From assembly GCA_964016885.1 (NCBI GenBank), contig OZ024749.1, positions 27,590,001 to 27,654,000 on the forward strand: 64,000 nucleotides of DNA. Reading direction: 5' to 3'. Within the stretch, counting starts at the first letter, position 1. Every line of letters starts with the position of its first letter. A program made the position numbers and the translations under genes. A model generated the notes under the pieces. It was not told the DNA's origin and did not search any database. It saw nothing but the letters and a program-made list of their open reading frames with translations. This DNA comes from Eledone cirrhosa. Taxonomy: Eukaryota. Positions 1-11,799 of this stretch are shown here, piece after piece.

Positions 1-160
1 TACAGCCCTTTACGTTCTGAGTTCAAATCCCGCTGAGTTTAGCTTTCCCTTTCATCCTTCTGGGTTCGATAAAATAAAGTACCAGTAATGCACTGGGGTT
101 GATTTAATCGACTATCCCCTTTCCACCAAAATTGTGGGCTTTGTCCCTAAATCAGAAACC
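1..160 (+). mobile_element. tRNA-derived SINE (5' part outside window), family recurring through the window
   Basis: B-box-like GAGTTCAAATCC followed by the shared body ...CTTTCATCCTT...GTTCGATAAAATAAAGTACCAGT...CTGGGGTTGATTTAATCGACT, also seen at 305-498, 4121, 19370, 20219-20765 and 57618. Confidence 0.75.
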
Positions 161-304
161 TTTATTTTTTTGTTGGCTACAAGGGCCAAAACAGAAAAAA
201 ATAATTTAATAGGTATTTTGCAAGAAACCCATATTTGTACCATCCTGTGCTGTCCTTAATATATTTTTTGTAAATCCTTTGTGGTTAATAAAGGTTTCTT
301 ATAT

Positions 305-498
305 AGGCACAAGGCCAGCAATTTTGGGGGAGGGGAAAGTCGATTAAATCAACCCAGTGAGTGACTAGTACTTTATATTATCGACCCCATAAGGATGAAA
401 GGCAAAGTTAACCTCGGCGGGATTTGTTCTCAGATCATAAAGGGCCGTAACTCTATGCTGCAAAGCATGGCATCCGACCCTCTGTCAATCCACCACCC
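305..498 (-). mobile_element. tRNA-derived SINE, same family, reverse orientation
   Basis: Reverse complement of the SINE body (ATCGACCCC...AAGGATGAAAGGCAAAGTTAACCTCGGCGGGATTTG) and tail GGCACAAGGCCAGCAATT. Confidence 0.75.
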
Positions 499-1204
499 TT
501 ATAATTGCATTAATAATAATAATCTATTAATATATAATATGCTTGTGTATTTGTCTGTCACAAGAGATGAGTGACGAAGGAAGGGGTGGTGACAAACTGA
601 CAAAGGAAGGTGTGATAACGTCAACTGAGAAAGGAAGGGGTGATAACATCGACTTAGGAAGGAAGGGGTAGCAACATCCAATATTCGCTACATCTGTGTG
701 TGTATATGTATAGCAAATTGGCTTCACACATTGGCTGTTATGATTATGTGTGTTTGTGTATGTGTATATGTGTGTTTATGTAAATTATATTCATATATGA
801 TATTTGTGTGAGTGTATATGTGTTTTGTGTGTTTATTTAGAAAGATACATAGACAATAGACTTACAAACACACGAATCTACACCTACATATATATAAACA
901 GACACTTGGAAAAAATATTTATAACATACATACACATTTATGCGATAACTGAGGAAGGAGGAGGTGGTGAAACACTATAGAAATTCAGCGTTCTAAGATT
1001 CACCACAGCTGTATGTTTGTGTGTTTGTATCACTTATGTGAGTGAGCGCGAAGGAACCAACCAACCAACAAACAAACAAACATATCTTTTTTATATTATT
1101 TATAGATATTACAATTAACTGTCATTTTTTATGGCATGGCGCCAGCTAGTAAAAATAATAATTTCCGTTTCTTTCATATGTGTTCTTTTGATATGTGATT
1201 GCAG

Positions 1205-1304
1205 GCAATCCATTTGGACCCTTCTGGGATGGCTTAGGTGTTGAGTTTGATAGCAACATGCCTTACACAATCACCTATCAACTGCCAGAACTATGGAAAG
1301 AAAG
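1205..1304 (+). CDS. POFUT1: Protein O-fucosyltransferase 1 (GT65), internal exon; upstream exons outside window
   Basis: AG/GT-bounded; translates (G)NPFGPFWDGLGVEFDSNMPYTITYQLPELWKE(R); GNPFGPFWD is a POFUT1 hallmark; phase joins next exon. Confidence 0.9.
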
Positions 1305-1414
1305 GTAACTACATTTCTCACATCTAATCTACTGTCACCAACTTGACAATACTGAACAAGATATATAGCTTTGTTTGTTTCCTCAGTCCACCTGGTTGTC
1401 TGCAGGTTTCACTA

Positions 1415-1740
1415 AATGTAGGAAGAGTTTAGAAGCTTATGAAGGGTTTAGAAGTTTATGAAGGGTTTAGAAGTGTAGGAAGGGTTTAGAAGCTTTTGAA
1501 GGGTTTAGAAGCCTTGAAAGGGTTTAGAAATGTAGGAAGGGGTTTAAAAGCCTTGAAAGGGTTTAACTGTGTAAGAAAAGTTTAGAAGCCTTAGAAGGGG
1601 TTTAGAAATCTTGGAAGGGTTTATCTGTATAGGAATGGTTTAGAAGTGTAGGAAGTGTTTAGAAGCCTTGAAAGGATTTAGCTGTGTCGCAAGGGTTTAG
1701 CCATGTAAGCAGGGTTTAGCTATGTAGGAAGGGTTTAATT
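1415..1740. repeat. Minisatellite, ~20-bp unit (GAAGGGTTTAGAAG...)
   Basis: About 15 degenerate tandem copies visible. Confidence 0.85.
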
Positions 1741-2139
1741 TGTTTGTTGGTATTGTTGTTGTTTAACCCTACATCAGTCCTGATCAAAGATATTCCAGCT
1801 TTGCCCATTTCCTAGACATAGTGCATGAAGGACGACATCAGGGTGTGATATGATTTGAGGGAGATTTTGTAGCGGGTTGAGTTTATCATTAATGGTGTTG
1901 TTATTGTTTAACCCCAGGTCAATCTTGATGAAGTAAATCTATTCATCCATTTTTAAGAGATCAGGGTGGCGATTCAGGGAAATTTTGCTACTGTTTTTAT
2001 CAGTTTGACTGGACCACACCATGGTTCCCTTGCTGTATTCTTAATCTACTAAATATATATCCATGTATATGTTGCACCTTTTCTTTGAAAAGGTGTGAAA
2101 AAACCAGTGCATAATTTATGTACATGAGTTACAAAACCT

Positions 2140-2590
2140 TGATTCAAAATAAATGGTACATTGTAAATGTATATAAAATGGAGATGTGACTTATCTACTG
2201 GACCAACAAAACCTCAATTTAAAATATATACTACATTGTAAATGTTGTATAAAATGGAAGTGAAAGTTATCTACTGGACATACAAATCTTCTGTGCAAAA
2301 TATATGGTATATTGTACAGAAAACATGGAAAACATGGATGGAAGTGGTGAGAGCTGACCTCAGATCACTGAAGCTCACAGAGGAGATGGCGAAGGACCAT
2401 GACAAATGGAGAGATGCTGTGCTGAAGAGGACCCGTCCCACCTTTGCAAGCAGGGAAAAGTGGACATATGATGATGATGATGATTGGAAATGTAAATTAT
2501 CTACTGGACATACAAATCTTCAGTGCATAATATATGGTACACTGTAAATATTGTATGTAAGATGGAGGTGTGACTTATCTTCACAAGTAC
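2140..2590. repeat. Degenerate ~75-bp tandem repeat interrupted by an RTE LINE 3' fragment (~2325-2483)
   Basis: Repeated TACATTGTAAAT...AAAATGGA...TTATCTACTGGAC; insert translates KTWMEVVRADL...DHDKWRDAV and ends in (ATG)n; a related unit occurs at ~16940-17020. Confidence 0.65.
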
Positions 2591-2657
2591 ATGATAGATA
2601 TATGTTATTCTTTGTGTTTATGTTTTGTTTTCTTGCTTTTTTCCTCTCCCTGTTAAG

Positions 2658-2853
2658 GTATCCAGCATCTAAGTACCCTGTGGTTGCCATGCGAGGTGCT
2701 CCTTCCAGCTTCCCTGTCTCAGAACAATATGTTTCCTTACACAAATATCTATACTGGTCAGATGCCATTGAGGCACGAGTCAATGATTACATTGTAGACA
2801 CTTTTGATGGAAAAGACTTCATTGGTATCCACTTACGGAATGGTGTCGACTGG
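2658..2853 (+). CDS. POFUT1: POFUT1 exon (GAP..FP and HLRNG.DW motifs)
   Basis: YPASKYPVVAMRGAPSSFPV...FIGIHLRNGVDW, containing the conserved GDP-fucose-binding Arg; TAAG acceptor and GTAAGT donor. Confidence 0.93.
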
Positions 2854-4120
2854 GTAAGTGATATTGCTGCATCAGTTTAATCAGGGAGAAAAGAAGACAC
2901 TTTTTAGGGTCTCTAAGACTGCTGGGAGGGAGAGATGTCTTGAAATATTGTTGTTTCAGTTTAATCAGGCAGGAGAGAAAGGCAGTGCCTATGGACGTTT
3001 TTTAGGGTCTCTAAGACTGCTGGAAGGGAGAGAAGACGATGTCTTCAAATTTATGACTTAACCTGAAAGCTTGCAACAAAGCAGACCCCACTAAAAGCAC
3101 CTAAGTATTATGTGGTGGATTTAGTCAAAATGTTGTCTCATTCTGCCTTTTCTATAAATATTTAAAAACGACTACAGGGAGCAGATGTGGACTCCACAAG
3201 TCGTAGTGAAGGCAACCTGTCTAGGAGAGTAGACACTCCAAGGAAAAACTGACTCAGGGTAGAGAGGACTCTTGAATCCAGTAAGACAACCTCTCTAGTG
3301 CTGGTGGCACGAATAATGCACCCAGTCTATACTGTAAACTGATTAGTGATAGGAAGAGCATCCAGCCAGAAAAAAAATCCTGGATACATACAATATCTAG
3401 GAATTTTATTATCCAATGTATTGTACCCCTTTTTTAAAGAACAGTAGAGTGTGATTTGAAGAAAATTTTGGCTGTTGTTTTTAGCTGTTTAAGCGATCTC
3501 CCTTGCCGTCCTCTGGGGAAACGCCTTCTCCATTCTGTCCACCGGGGCTGTGGGTGGGCCCCATCGCGTACCAATACATTAGTTAAATACCATTCTTTCA
3601 TCTCATACATATATACATGTTGTGTACTTTATAACTTAAAGTCTACGACTTCAGTTATACCATTTACGTGGTTTTGTCTTTGCGTGCAATTTTTCTCCCC
3701 GCTCCACATATGACGTATTATCTTCGTTTTTTCCGTTCATTGCCTGAGAACGTCTCTAATAGAATATTAGTCTATGACTACTTAGAAAAAAAAAAAAAAA
3801 AAAAAAAAAGTCGACAGTTGAGAGTCAGACTGAGGAATGCAAAGTTATTTCCCTTGCTCCTTGGTGTCAAGGGCAGACAACTCTATAAGTTACAAGCTCA
3901 ATAGTTATTAGGAAGATGGAGCATATAGTAAATTATAATACATCGATTCCTGGTACTTTACTGCTACTATTTTGTAGACCCTAGGAGGATAAAAGGCAAA
4001 GTCAGTGCCATCAGGATTTGAACTAAAAACGTAGACATAAATATCACAAGATATTTTCTCTACTGCATTATTACTGCTGCTGCCGCTACTACTACTAACT
4101 ACCACCACTGCTACTGCTCT

Positions 4121-4210
4121 TAGAGTTCAAATCCCGCCGAGCTCAACTTTGCCTTTCATCCTTTTGAGTTCAATAAAAAAAGTCCCAGTCTAGTACTGGG
4201 ATCGATTCTT
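4121..4210 (+). mobile_element. SINE fragment (an opposite-strand fragment lies at ~3935-4035)
   Basis: GAGTTCAAATCCCGCCGAGCTCAACTTTGCCTTTCATCC match to the family. Confidence 0.65.
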
Positions 4211-4443
4211 CCTCTATATCTCTTTCTCACTTCCATTCTTTGGAAGAAATCTGCTGTACTCAGACCTGGAGAGGGATGGGCTCTGCCAGGCTTAAAATGT
4301 CCCCAAAACACATAATAATAATGATCATGATAATATATTGTTTGCTAAATCATTTTAGGATGTTATGAGTGAATGTTTTAACGATTGGGCATTGATTTTG
4401 TTTTGTTTTAACAGAAGTGTCTTTTTATTTCTATTTTCCACAG

Positions 4444-4574
4444 TTGAATGCCTGTGCTAACATTGATAAATACAAGATGACATCATATATGGCATCACCT
4501 CAATGTCTGGGATATTCAGGGAATCGTATAGTGACACATGAGATTTGTTTCCCTTCTGTCCAGGAGGTCGTTAG
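4444..4574 (+). CDS. POFUT1: POFUT1 exon
   Basis: LNACANIDKYKMTSYMASPQCLGY...EICFPSVQEVV(R); MASPQC motif; CAG acceptor, GT donor, phases consistent. Confidence 0.92.
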
Positions 4575-4942
4575 GTACAGTAACAAGACTTTTCTATTGG
4601 AAACATGAACATTACTCATCCACCTCTTTCTCTCTCTTTCGTTCTCATATGTGTGTGTGTGTGTGTGTGTGTGCATATATATATATATATAAATCCATTT
4701 GGTTTTGGTTTATTAAAATCCGTAATGCCTGCGCTAACACTGATAAATTCATTACGGATTTTAATAAACCAAAATCAGATGAATATGGCTTCAGATTTTT
4801 ATTGATATATAATGCTCCACCTTACACTTTTATACAGGTTGATGAGCGCTTACATTTATCAACTTCACAACCAACAGACCATTATGTGGTCCACACAGCC
4901 TTCTTTGGTTAACCCCTTACTATAATTATATATATATATTCA

Positions 4943-5038
4943 TTTAAGGCTAAATAGGGAGTCTTGTTACACTGGAGTTTTGCCTGTTTTTCACAGGGTC
5001 ATCCAGGTGAAACTCCAGACTTACTGTTTAGCCTTAAT
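4943..5038. mobile_element. Short MITE-like element with TIRs and TTAA ends
   Basis: TTAAGGCTAAATA ... TGTTTAGCCTTAA, plus internal CTGGAGTTT/AAACTCCAG inverted match. Confidence 0.45.
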
Positions 5039-5099
5039 AAGATTAATATTTAAACGCTACTTTGGTATTGAGTTCTCTTTTCTCTCAGTTGTCAGTCAA

Positions 5100-6265
5100 C
5101 TACATATGGTGTAAGTGTAAAGAGAACTGGACGATCATCAATGAGATGACAGGGAGGAAGAGAGGGAGTTCGAGGTCAGAACCTGAGGATAGGAAGAGGA
5201 AGTGACTAGGAGAGCTGCCTTCCACAGCCCAGAACTCCGGGGAAGTCAGACAGCTGTTTGAGGAACTGGATATTGAGACAGGACCCTCCACCAGAGAGGA
5301 GCTTCAGAGAGCCAAAAAGAAGATCAAGGAGGGCAAGGCCCATGGAGAAGATGGAGTGGCATCAGAGGTGATGAAGAGGTGTGATTTTGATGATATCATC
5401 CTGGAGTTCAGGATTAAAGAAAAGAGTTTCCCCCGGATCAGTAATATCGTCCCAATACCAAAGAAGGGAAATCTCTCTAACACAAACAATTACAGGGGGA
5501 TTTCATTAATGTCACTTGTGGCAAAGACCCTGAGAAGAAGCTCAGGGACAACCAGAACGGCTTCAGAGAGGGAAGATCAACCACCAGTCACATCCTGATG
5601 CTGAGGAGAATTTTAGGAGGAGCTAGAGCAAAGAGCCTTCCTGCTGTCATGGTTTTCATTGACTTTAGGAAGGCCTTTGATTCTGTGGACCATTACTGCC
5701 TGATGAAGATTTTACAGGCTTATGGAATCCCCAAGCAGATAGTGGACCAGATATCACTGCTCTCCACCAACTTACACCTGATGGGATGACGGAGTTCTTT
5801 GAGATACTGACTGGAGTACTCCAGGGAGATACATTGGCTCCCTACCTTTTTATCATCACAGTGGACTATTGTATGCTCCTTGCACTAGAGAAGCACCAGG
5901 ACTCTGGCTTCACTGTAGCACCGGCTCAGAGCAGGAGAGTTAAGGCTAAAAAGATATCAGTTGCTGAATTTGCTGATGACATAGTTCTGGTGACGGAGGC
6001 AGAGGAGTTGATGCGAGAAGTGGAGACTGTGCCGATGAGTGTGGGGATGAGAATGAATGACATTAAGACGAAGTATCTGGTAGAGAACATTAAGAAGCCA
6101 TAGAAGATTTTGAATGTAGGCGGGAAGCCACTAAAGCTGGTTGAGGATTTCCAATATCTGGGAGCAAAGATTGGGAACACAGAGGATGATGTGGTTGAGA
6201 AGAAGCGCAAAAGCCTGGGTGACACGTCACAGTTTGAGATCGGTGTGGAAGTCAGACCTTCGTAA
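5100..6265 (+). mobile_element. Decayed RTE-clade LINE fragment (same family as 43926-45615)
   Basis: Frameshifted RT pieces [48 protein letters not shown]; collinear with the 43.9-kb copy but with deletions. Confidence 0.92.
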
Positions 6266-6491
6266 AGGTGTTACGGGATCTAAAAAAAAAAACAGTAATA
6301 CACGGGGGTCGATTTAATCAATTTTTCTGCTCCCCTCAAATTGTTGGTTATGTGCTTAAATCATAATCTATTATTATTATTCATACATATAACACATATT
6401 GCACTTCAGATTTCAAATACAATGAAATGAGGAAAGAAGGGGAAAAATATCTTTATCATGGGTTTATATTTTTAACCTTTAAATTTTTCAG

Positions 6492-6597
6492 ATTAACAAA
6501 AGCTATTGTTATTAAGACTGGAGTCAACCATATTTTTGTTGCCACTGATAAAGACCCCTTGATTGAAGTTTTACAGAAAAATTTGGAAGATCAAAAG
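6492..6597 (+). CDS. POFUT1: POFUT1 exon ending at a GC donor
   Basis: (R)LTKAIVIKTGVNHIFVATDKDPLIEVLQKNLEDQK; FVATD motif; AAG/GCAAGT gives the phase 0 required by the last exon. Confidence 0.88.
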
Positions 6598-6774
6598 GCA
6601 AGTGGATACACACATACACAAACATACATTCATAGTTGTAGACATATACATACTTACATGCACACCCATATACATACTCAAACACACACACACTTATACA
6701 TAGATACATATATATATATATGTATACACATATGCCTAGTTTCTCTTTATGCTTTGCCATTCATGTATATTAGT

Positions 6775-7221
6775 ATTACACATCCATCGCAGCATGCAAG
6801 CTTCATTTCTTTCCAATCTATGTAAGTCTTCTGCACACAACGCCCAGGTCTCACTACCATGCAACATTGCTGTTTGTATGCAAGCATGATACAGTCTGCC
6901 TTTCATTTTGAGGGAAAGACCTTTTGAAGCTACCAGGGGTAGTAGCTCCCTGAACTTCTTCCATTCCGTTTTTACTCTGGCTACTATACTTTCGGAACAC
7001 CCACCTCTGCTGCTAATTTCATCACCCAGGTAGCAGAAGCTGTCTACTGTTTCTACCGAGCCTTCCCAGAATTAGATACCGTTTGTTTCCTGTGGTCGTT
7101 TACTGCTTACTGCCCCAGTGCAACTGCTACATGTAAAGCCTACATTCTTAGCTAAACTTCCTGAGATCCCACTACATCTCTTGTACACTCATAGTTTGCA
7201 TTTGGGACAGAGGATGGAATT

Positions 7222-7222
<1 letters not shown>
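6775..7222 (-). mobile_element. RTE-clade LINE internal fragment (family of 62733-64000)
   Basis: Collinear with ~63355-63800 (GGTCTCACTACCATGCAAC, GTAGCAGAAGCTGTCTACTGTTTCTAC). Confidence 0.88.
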
Positions 7223-7253
<31 letters not shown>

Positions 7254-7348
7254 AATACATACACACACACATATATATATAAATACATACACATATAAAT
7301 ATATATATATATATTTTAAAGATACTTCCTTTTTTTTCTTTTTAATAG

Positions 7349-7510
7349 GTCCAGATATTCCATTTAGATCCATGGTTACCTCAGCTGGATCTTGCAATCT
7401 TGGAGAAATCCAAACATTTTATTGGAAATTGTGTATCTTCCTTCACATCATTTGTGGCTCGAGGCCGACTACGAGATAAAGCACCGACATCTTACTGGGG
7501 CTTCAGCTGA
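7349..7510 (+). CDS. POFUT1: POFUT1 terminal coding exon
   Basis: VQIFHLDPWLPQLDLAILEKSKHFIGNCVSSFTSFVARGRLRDKAPTSYWGFS*; DL.IL...HFIGNCVSSF motif; poly-T tract + TAG acceptor; TGA at 7508-7510. Confidence 0.93.
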   Translation, partial: VQIFHLDPWLPQLDLAILEKSKHFIGNCVSSFTSFVARGRLRDKAPTSYWGFS

Positions 7511-7584
7511 TCTCAGATTATTATCTCTGTTTATCTCTTCACATCCTGTACCACATGAAATCACATTAGCAAGACATTCTTGAA

Positions 7585-8225
7585 AAGTACAAAACACTAC
7601 TAGTGTTAATTAAGAATTAAGAATTGTTGTCTTTACTTCAATACTGCCACTAGTTGAGTTGTAGAGATTATAAATATTTAATACAAACAACATTATGACT
7701 GCATCACATTGAGAATAGAACTCTTTACTTTAATATTGAAAATTTTCACAGCAATCTATCCATTAATAAAGTTACTATAATCACTTAAATTAACAAACCA
7801 CTGAAACCATATTGGTAAGACATTATTGAAGAGTACAAAACAACAATATTATTGCCGCTAATTAGAAATTATAGTCTTTACTTTAATATTATAAATTTTC
7901 ACAACAATCTGTCCACTAAACGTTATAAATATTTGGTTCAAAATAGCACCACATTAAAACTTAGCCTTTACTCTAATACAGTAAATTTTCACAGCAATCT
8001 GTCCACTAGTAAATATACTATAAATATTTAGTACAAACAGTACTATGGCTGCATCACATTAAAATGTAATATTTACTCTAATACAGCAAATTTTCACAAC
8101 AATCTGTCCAGTACTAAAGATACTATAAATATTTAGTACAAGCAGTACTATGGCTGCATCACATTAAAACTTAATCTTTACTTTAATACAACAAATTTTC
8201 ACAACAATCTGTCCACTAGTATAAT
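7585..8225. repeat. Degenerate tandem repeat (~80-150 bp spacing) in the probable POFUT1 3' UTR
   Basis: AAATTTTCACA(G/A)CAATCT(G/A)TCCA recurs at ~7740, 7893, 7983, 8088, 8192; AATAAA hexamers at ~7765 and ~8530. Confidence 0.7.
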
Positions 8226-8714
8226 AGCACTATAACAAAGTTGTTTTTAGATATTTTCTGTTAAGTCAATACAGGATGATAAGAGTTAAAACAACCAATC
8301 ATTATGTCTCATTGTTTGTTTGTGTCTCTGTCTGTTCATCTAAAGATTGAAGCCAAAGGGAGGAGTGCCAAAAATCTCTTCAAGCCATTTTGTAGCATAA
8401 GATCAAATACCAAATGAAAGTCAGATGCCAATCTCTATGTAAATCTGGTCTTCTAAAATAATATATTTTGATGGGGTAAGTTTATCCTTTCAGTGAATGG
8501 TAAAGTTTATATTTTTATTTAACAGACAAAAATAAATAAATAAATAAACTTTGAATAATTGTTTTTAATCATAGGTACAAATTCAGAAAATGTTTGACCA
8601 CCCACCCCTTCCTCTACTCATTGATGGATTAAGGGCAAAGTTTACCTTGGGTGCAATGTGAGGTCCAGTGGTTAGGGTGTTGGACTAACCCTAACCCTAA
8701 TATTGTTTATGTAT

Positions 8715-9505
8715 TTGATTCCTGGTTTGGGTGGTGATTTGGTCCCCCAGATAGCAGAAGCTATCAACTATTTGTATGAGATCTGTGCAATTGATGGGGC
8801 ATGCTATTTGAGGATCTTTGCTTACTATCCCTGTGCAGGGTTCACATATGAAGTCCGTGTTTTTTGCTAGCCTGCCTGTTTTCCCATACATCTCTTGTGT
8901 ACTCACTGTCTGCATTTGGAAAACTGGATAGAATTTATGCCTACCCCTTTCCTGCATACTGAGGGTATCATAGCTCTGTTTCCTCTACTGCTCGCAAGGA
9001 ATTTGGTCTTGGTCAGGTTGACTTAGAGGCCTTTTGTTTCCAAGTTATGCCTCCATGTCTGAAAGTTATTCTCTAATTCTGTCAGACTTGGCTAAGAGCG
9101 TCAGGTCGTCAGTGTATCGTAGTTCCCAAGGGCAACCAGTCTTAAATTCCTCTGTTATAGCCTGTAGGACAATAATGAAGAGGAGGGTCTAAGGATGGAA
9201 CTCTGGTGAACCCCCACTTGTACGCTAAATTCCACACTGTATTCATTGTTGATTTTAACTTTGTTGGTGGCCCCTTTGTACATGGCCTGCACTGCTCTCA
9301 TGAGCCACTCATCTATGCCATGTTTTCTGAGGGCCCACCATATTATGGGTCGAGGGGACTGTCAAAAGCTTTCTCTAGGTTTACGAATGCTAGTGAGAGC
9401 AACTTGCTTTTAGTCAAGTACTACTCCTGCATTTGCCTCACAAGGAACAGGACGTCGTTGGTGCTTTTTCCCAGCACAAATCCAAATTGCATCTCATTTA
9501 GGTGT
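8715..9505 (-). mobile_element. Decayed RTE LINE fragment (RT core to Cys-rich insert)
   Basis: Reverse strand shows EMQFGF-like, KAFD-like and TDDL segments and DSFCYLGD. Confidence 0.8.
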
Positions 9506-9544
9506 ATACTGACTAGGTTTGTATGCAATGGTAGTCAGGTCTTC

Positions 9545-10412
9545 TGTACAACTGCATGATGCCAAAGGTCTCGATCCAGTGTCATTGTCTTAGAGAGGTG
9601 TAGGTGGGAAGGTCAGTTTTTATCACCTTGTCCCAGGTTTTTTTTGGTCTACCCACTCCGCAGCTTCCATCAATTTTCATTGCCCTGCACTTTATTATAC
9701 AGCTATTGTCCTTCATGCGCATCACATGTCCATACCAGCGCAGTCTCCTCTCCAGAACACAACATTTGATACCTCTTATGCTTAGTTCGTTACCATTACA
9801 CATCCATCAGAGCATGCAAGCTTCATTTCTTTCTAATCTACGCAGGTCTTCAGCACACAATGCTCACTACCATGTAATGTCGCTGTTCGTATACATGCAT
9901 CATACAATCTGCCTTTCATTTTTAGAGAAAAACCCCTTGTGGCCAACAGCAGTATTAGCTCTCTGAACTTTTTCTATCCCATTCTAACTCTGGCTACTAC
10001 ACTTTCAGAGCACCCTCCTCCACTGCTGATTTTGTTACTCAGGTAACGGAAGGTGTCTACTATTTCTATAGAATCATCTGGGCAGTTGAAGGAGATATCA
10101 CCCAGTGGGTCCTTGCTACTTACTGCACCTGAACATCGGCCACATATAAAATCTACATTCTTAGATAGCTTACCTCTGATCCCACTGCATCTTTTATGTA
10201 CCCATAGTTTGCATTTGGGACATAGAAAGGAGTACGCAGAAACTCCATTCTTACACACTGAGCATGGCCATTTCCCAGAGGGAACCTGTGCCCTATTCTC
10301 CTTTCTGCATACTAGAACCTTAGCCAAGTTGACTCTAAGTCCTTTTGATTCAAGGCCATGCTTTCATGTTTGGAACTTCCTCTCTAGTTCAGCCATAGAT
10401 TCAGCTATGAGA
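9545..10412 (-). mobile_element. Decayed RTE LINE 3' fragment
   Basis: KWPCSVCKNGV...CPKCKLWVHKRCSGI and RRLRWYGHVMR...GRPKKTW; collinear with 63100-63985. Confidence 0.9.
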
Positions 10413-11799
10413 GTTTCTTAAGAAAGGAAGCAAGAATGTAGATGAAGTTTCTTAAGAAAGAAACCTAAACTCGAAAAAGTCGAACTTTCTTAAGAAAGAA
10501 ACTAAGAATGTATATGAAGTGTCTAAAACCAACAATGTAAATGAAGTAAAAAAAGTTAAAAAAATAATCACATTTTTTTTTTTAGCAAAAGGTCTGCATG
10601 CCAGCCCAGATAGTCCCAGGCCCACTTAGCAATCGCACGCCACCACGAAACGAACGTCAGTCACCCAGACTGGGAGTCCGAGACGCAGCTCATGCACCAG
10701 CTCGAAGGCCGCAATTCTACTGAGTAGAATACTCATACTTATGGGTACTTTTCACATTTTTTTGTTTAAAAAAAAAAAACGAAACGAATGGAGGTAATTT
10801 CGGGAGTAAATATATTTACAAGAAAATTGATAGCGCATTGGTGGTATTATGACGATATCTGAATTGGGTTTTGCTTTAAAATATGAAATTATATTTATCA
10901 GAAATATCGTCTTGAGACCAACGCATTAACAATTTTCTGTATTCCGAACGATTTACCTCCATTTATATATTTTTTTTCAATCGAAAATCACTTACCTCCG
11001 TATAGACGACAGTCCAGCTACATTATTGACGTGCTTCTTTCGCCCTCTGACCAGCGTTTATTTGGCCGTGGGACGTATACGCTATAAAACTCCTTAGATA
11101 TTACGTGAAGTATATGATTCTTTCGCCTTCTAGCCTTGTACTGACCAGGATCCTACGAGAAGTATGTCCTTAAACTGTTCCTGTCGAATTCTAAGCAGGC
11201 CACAGAGGATCCTACCAAATATTCCTTTGTCCTGTCTATACATTCACCAAAGGATACACAATTGATGGACAACTATAAGTTCATTCCCTAACAGCACACA
11301 CACATATATAAGCAAGACGACGCATGCAAGCGTGGGAGAAACTATGGGACATTGACCAATGTTTTAGTTGACCGTAGGAGATCCTATGGAACATATGCAC
11401 CCTGAAGAAAACTAACGTTTAAATAATTATTTCTGACATTATGGCAGGCGGGCTTTGCGCTGTGTTCTTCAGCAAGACACTTTATTTGACGCTGCTCCAG
11501 AAATGAGTTGGACAACATCAGTGACGTGGAGCTACACTATGTCGACAAAGAGCAAGTCTTCCAAAACGAATTTATAACAAAACATGAGGATATCATGAAG
11601 GGAACTAGAAATTTACCAACTAAAATAATAAAAAAAATACACATTTGTGGGAGGAGGTGTTGTATTACATTAGAAGGTAAGGTGTGGCAGAAACTAAACA
11701 AAACTAACGTTTAAATAATTATTTCTGACATTAGGGAAATAAAAATTAGTTTCAATAAAACTGATCAACATAAAATAAAGCTTTATTAGAAAAATCCAA

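Noticed and set aside
945-985. CTGAGGA...GAAA hammerhead-like core
   Set aside because: Stems I-III cannot pair
8670-8700. Telomeric (CCCTAA) repeats
   Set aside because: Only ~2.5 units with one opposing TTAGGG; too short to call a telomere-related feature
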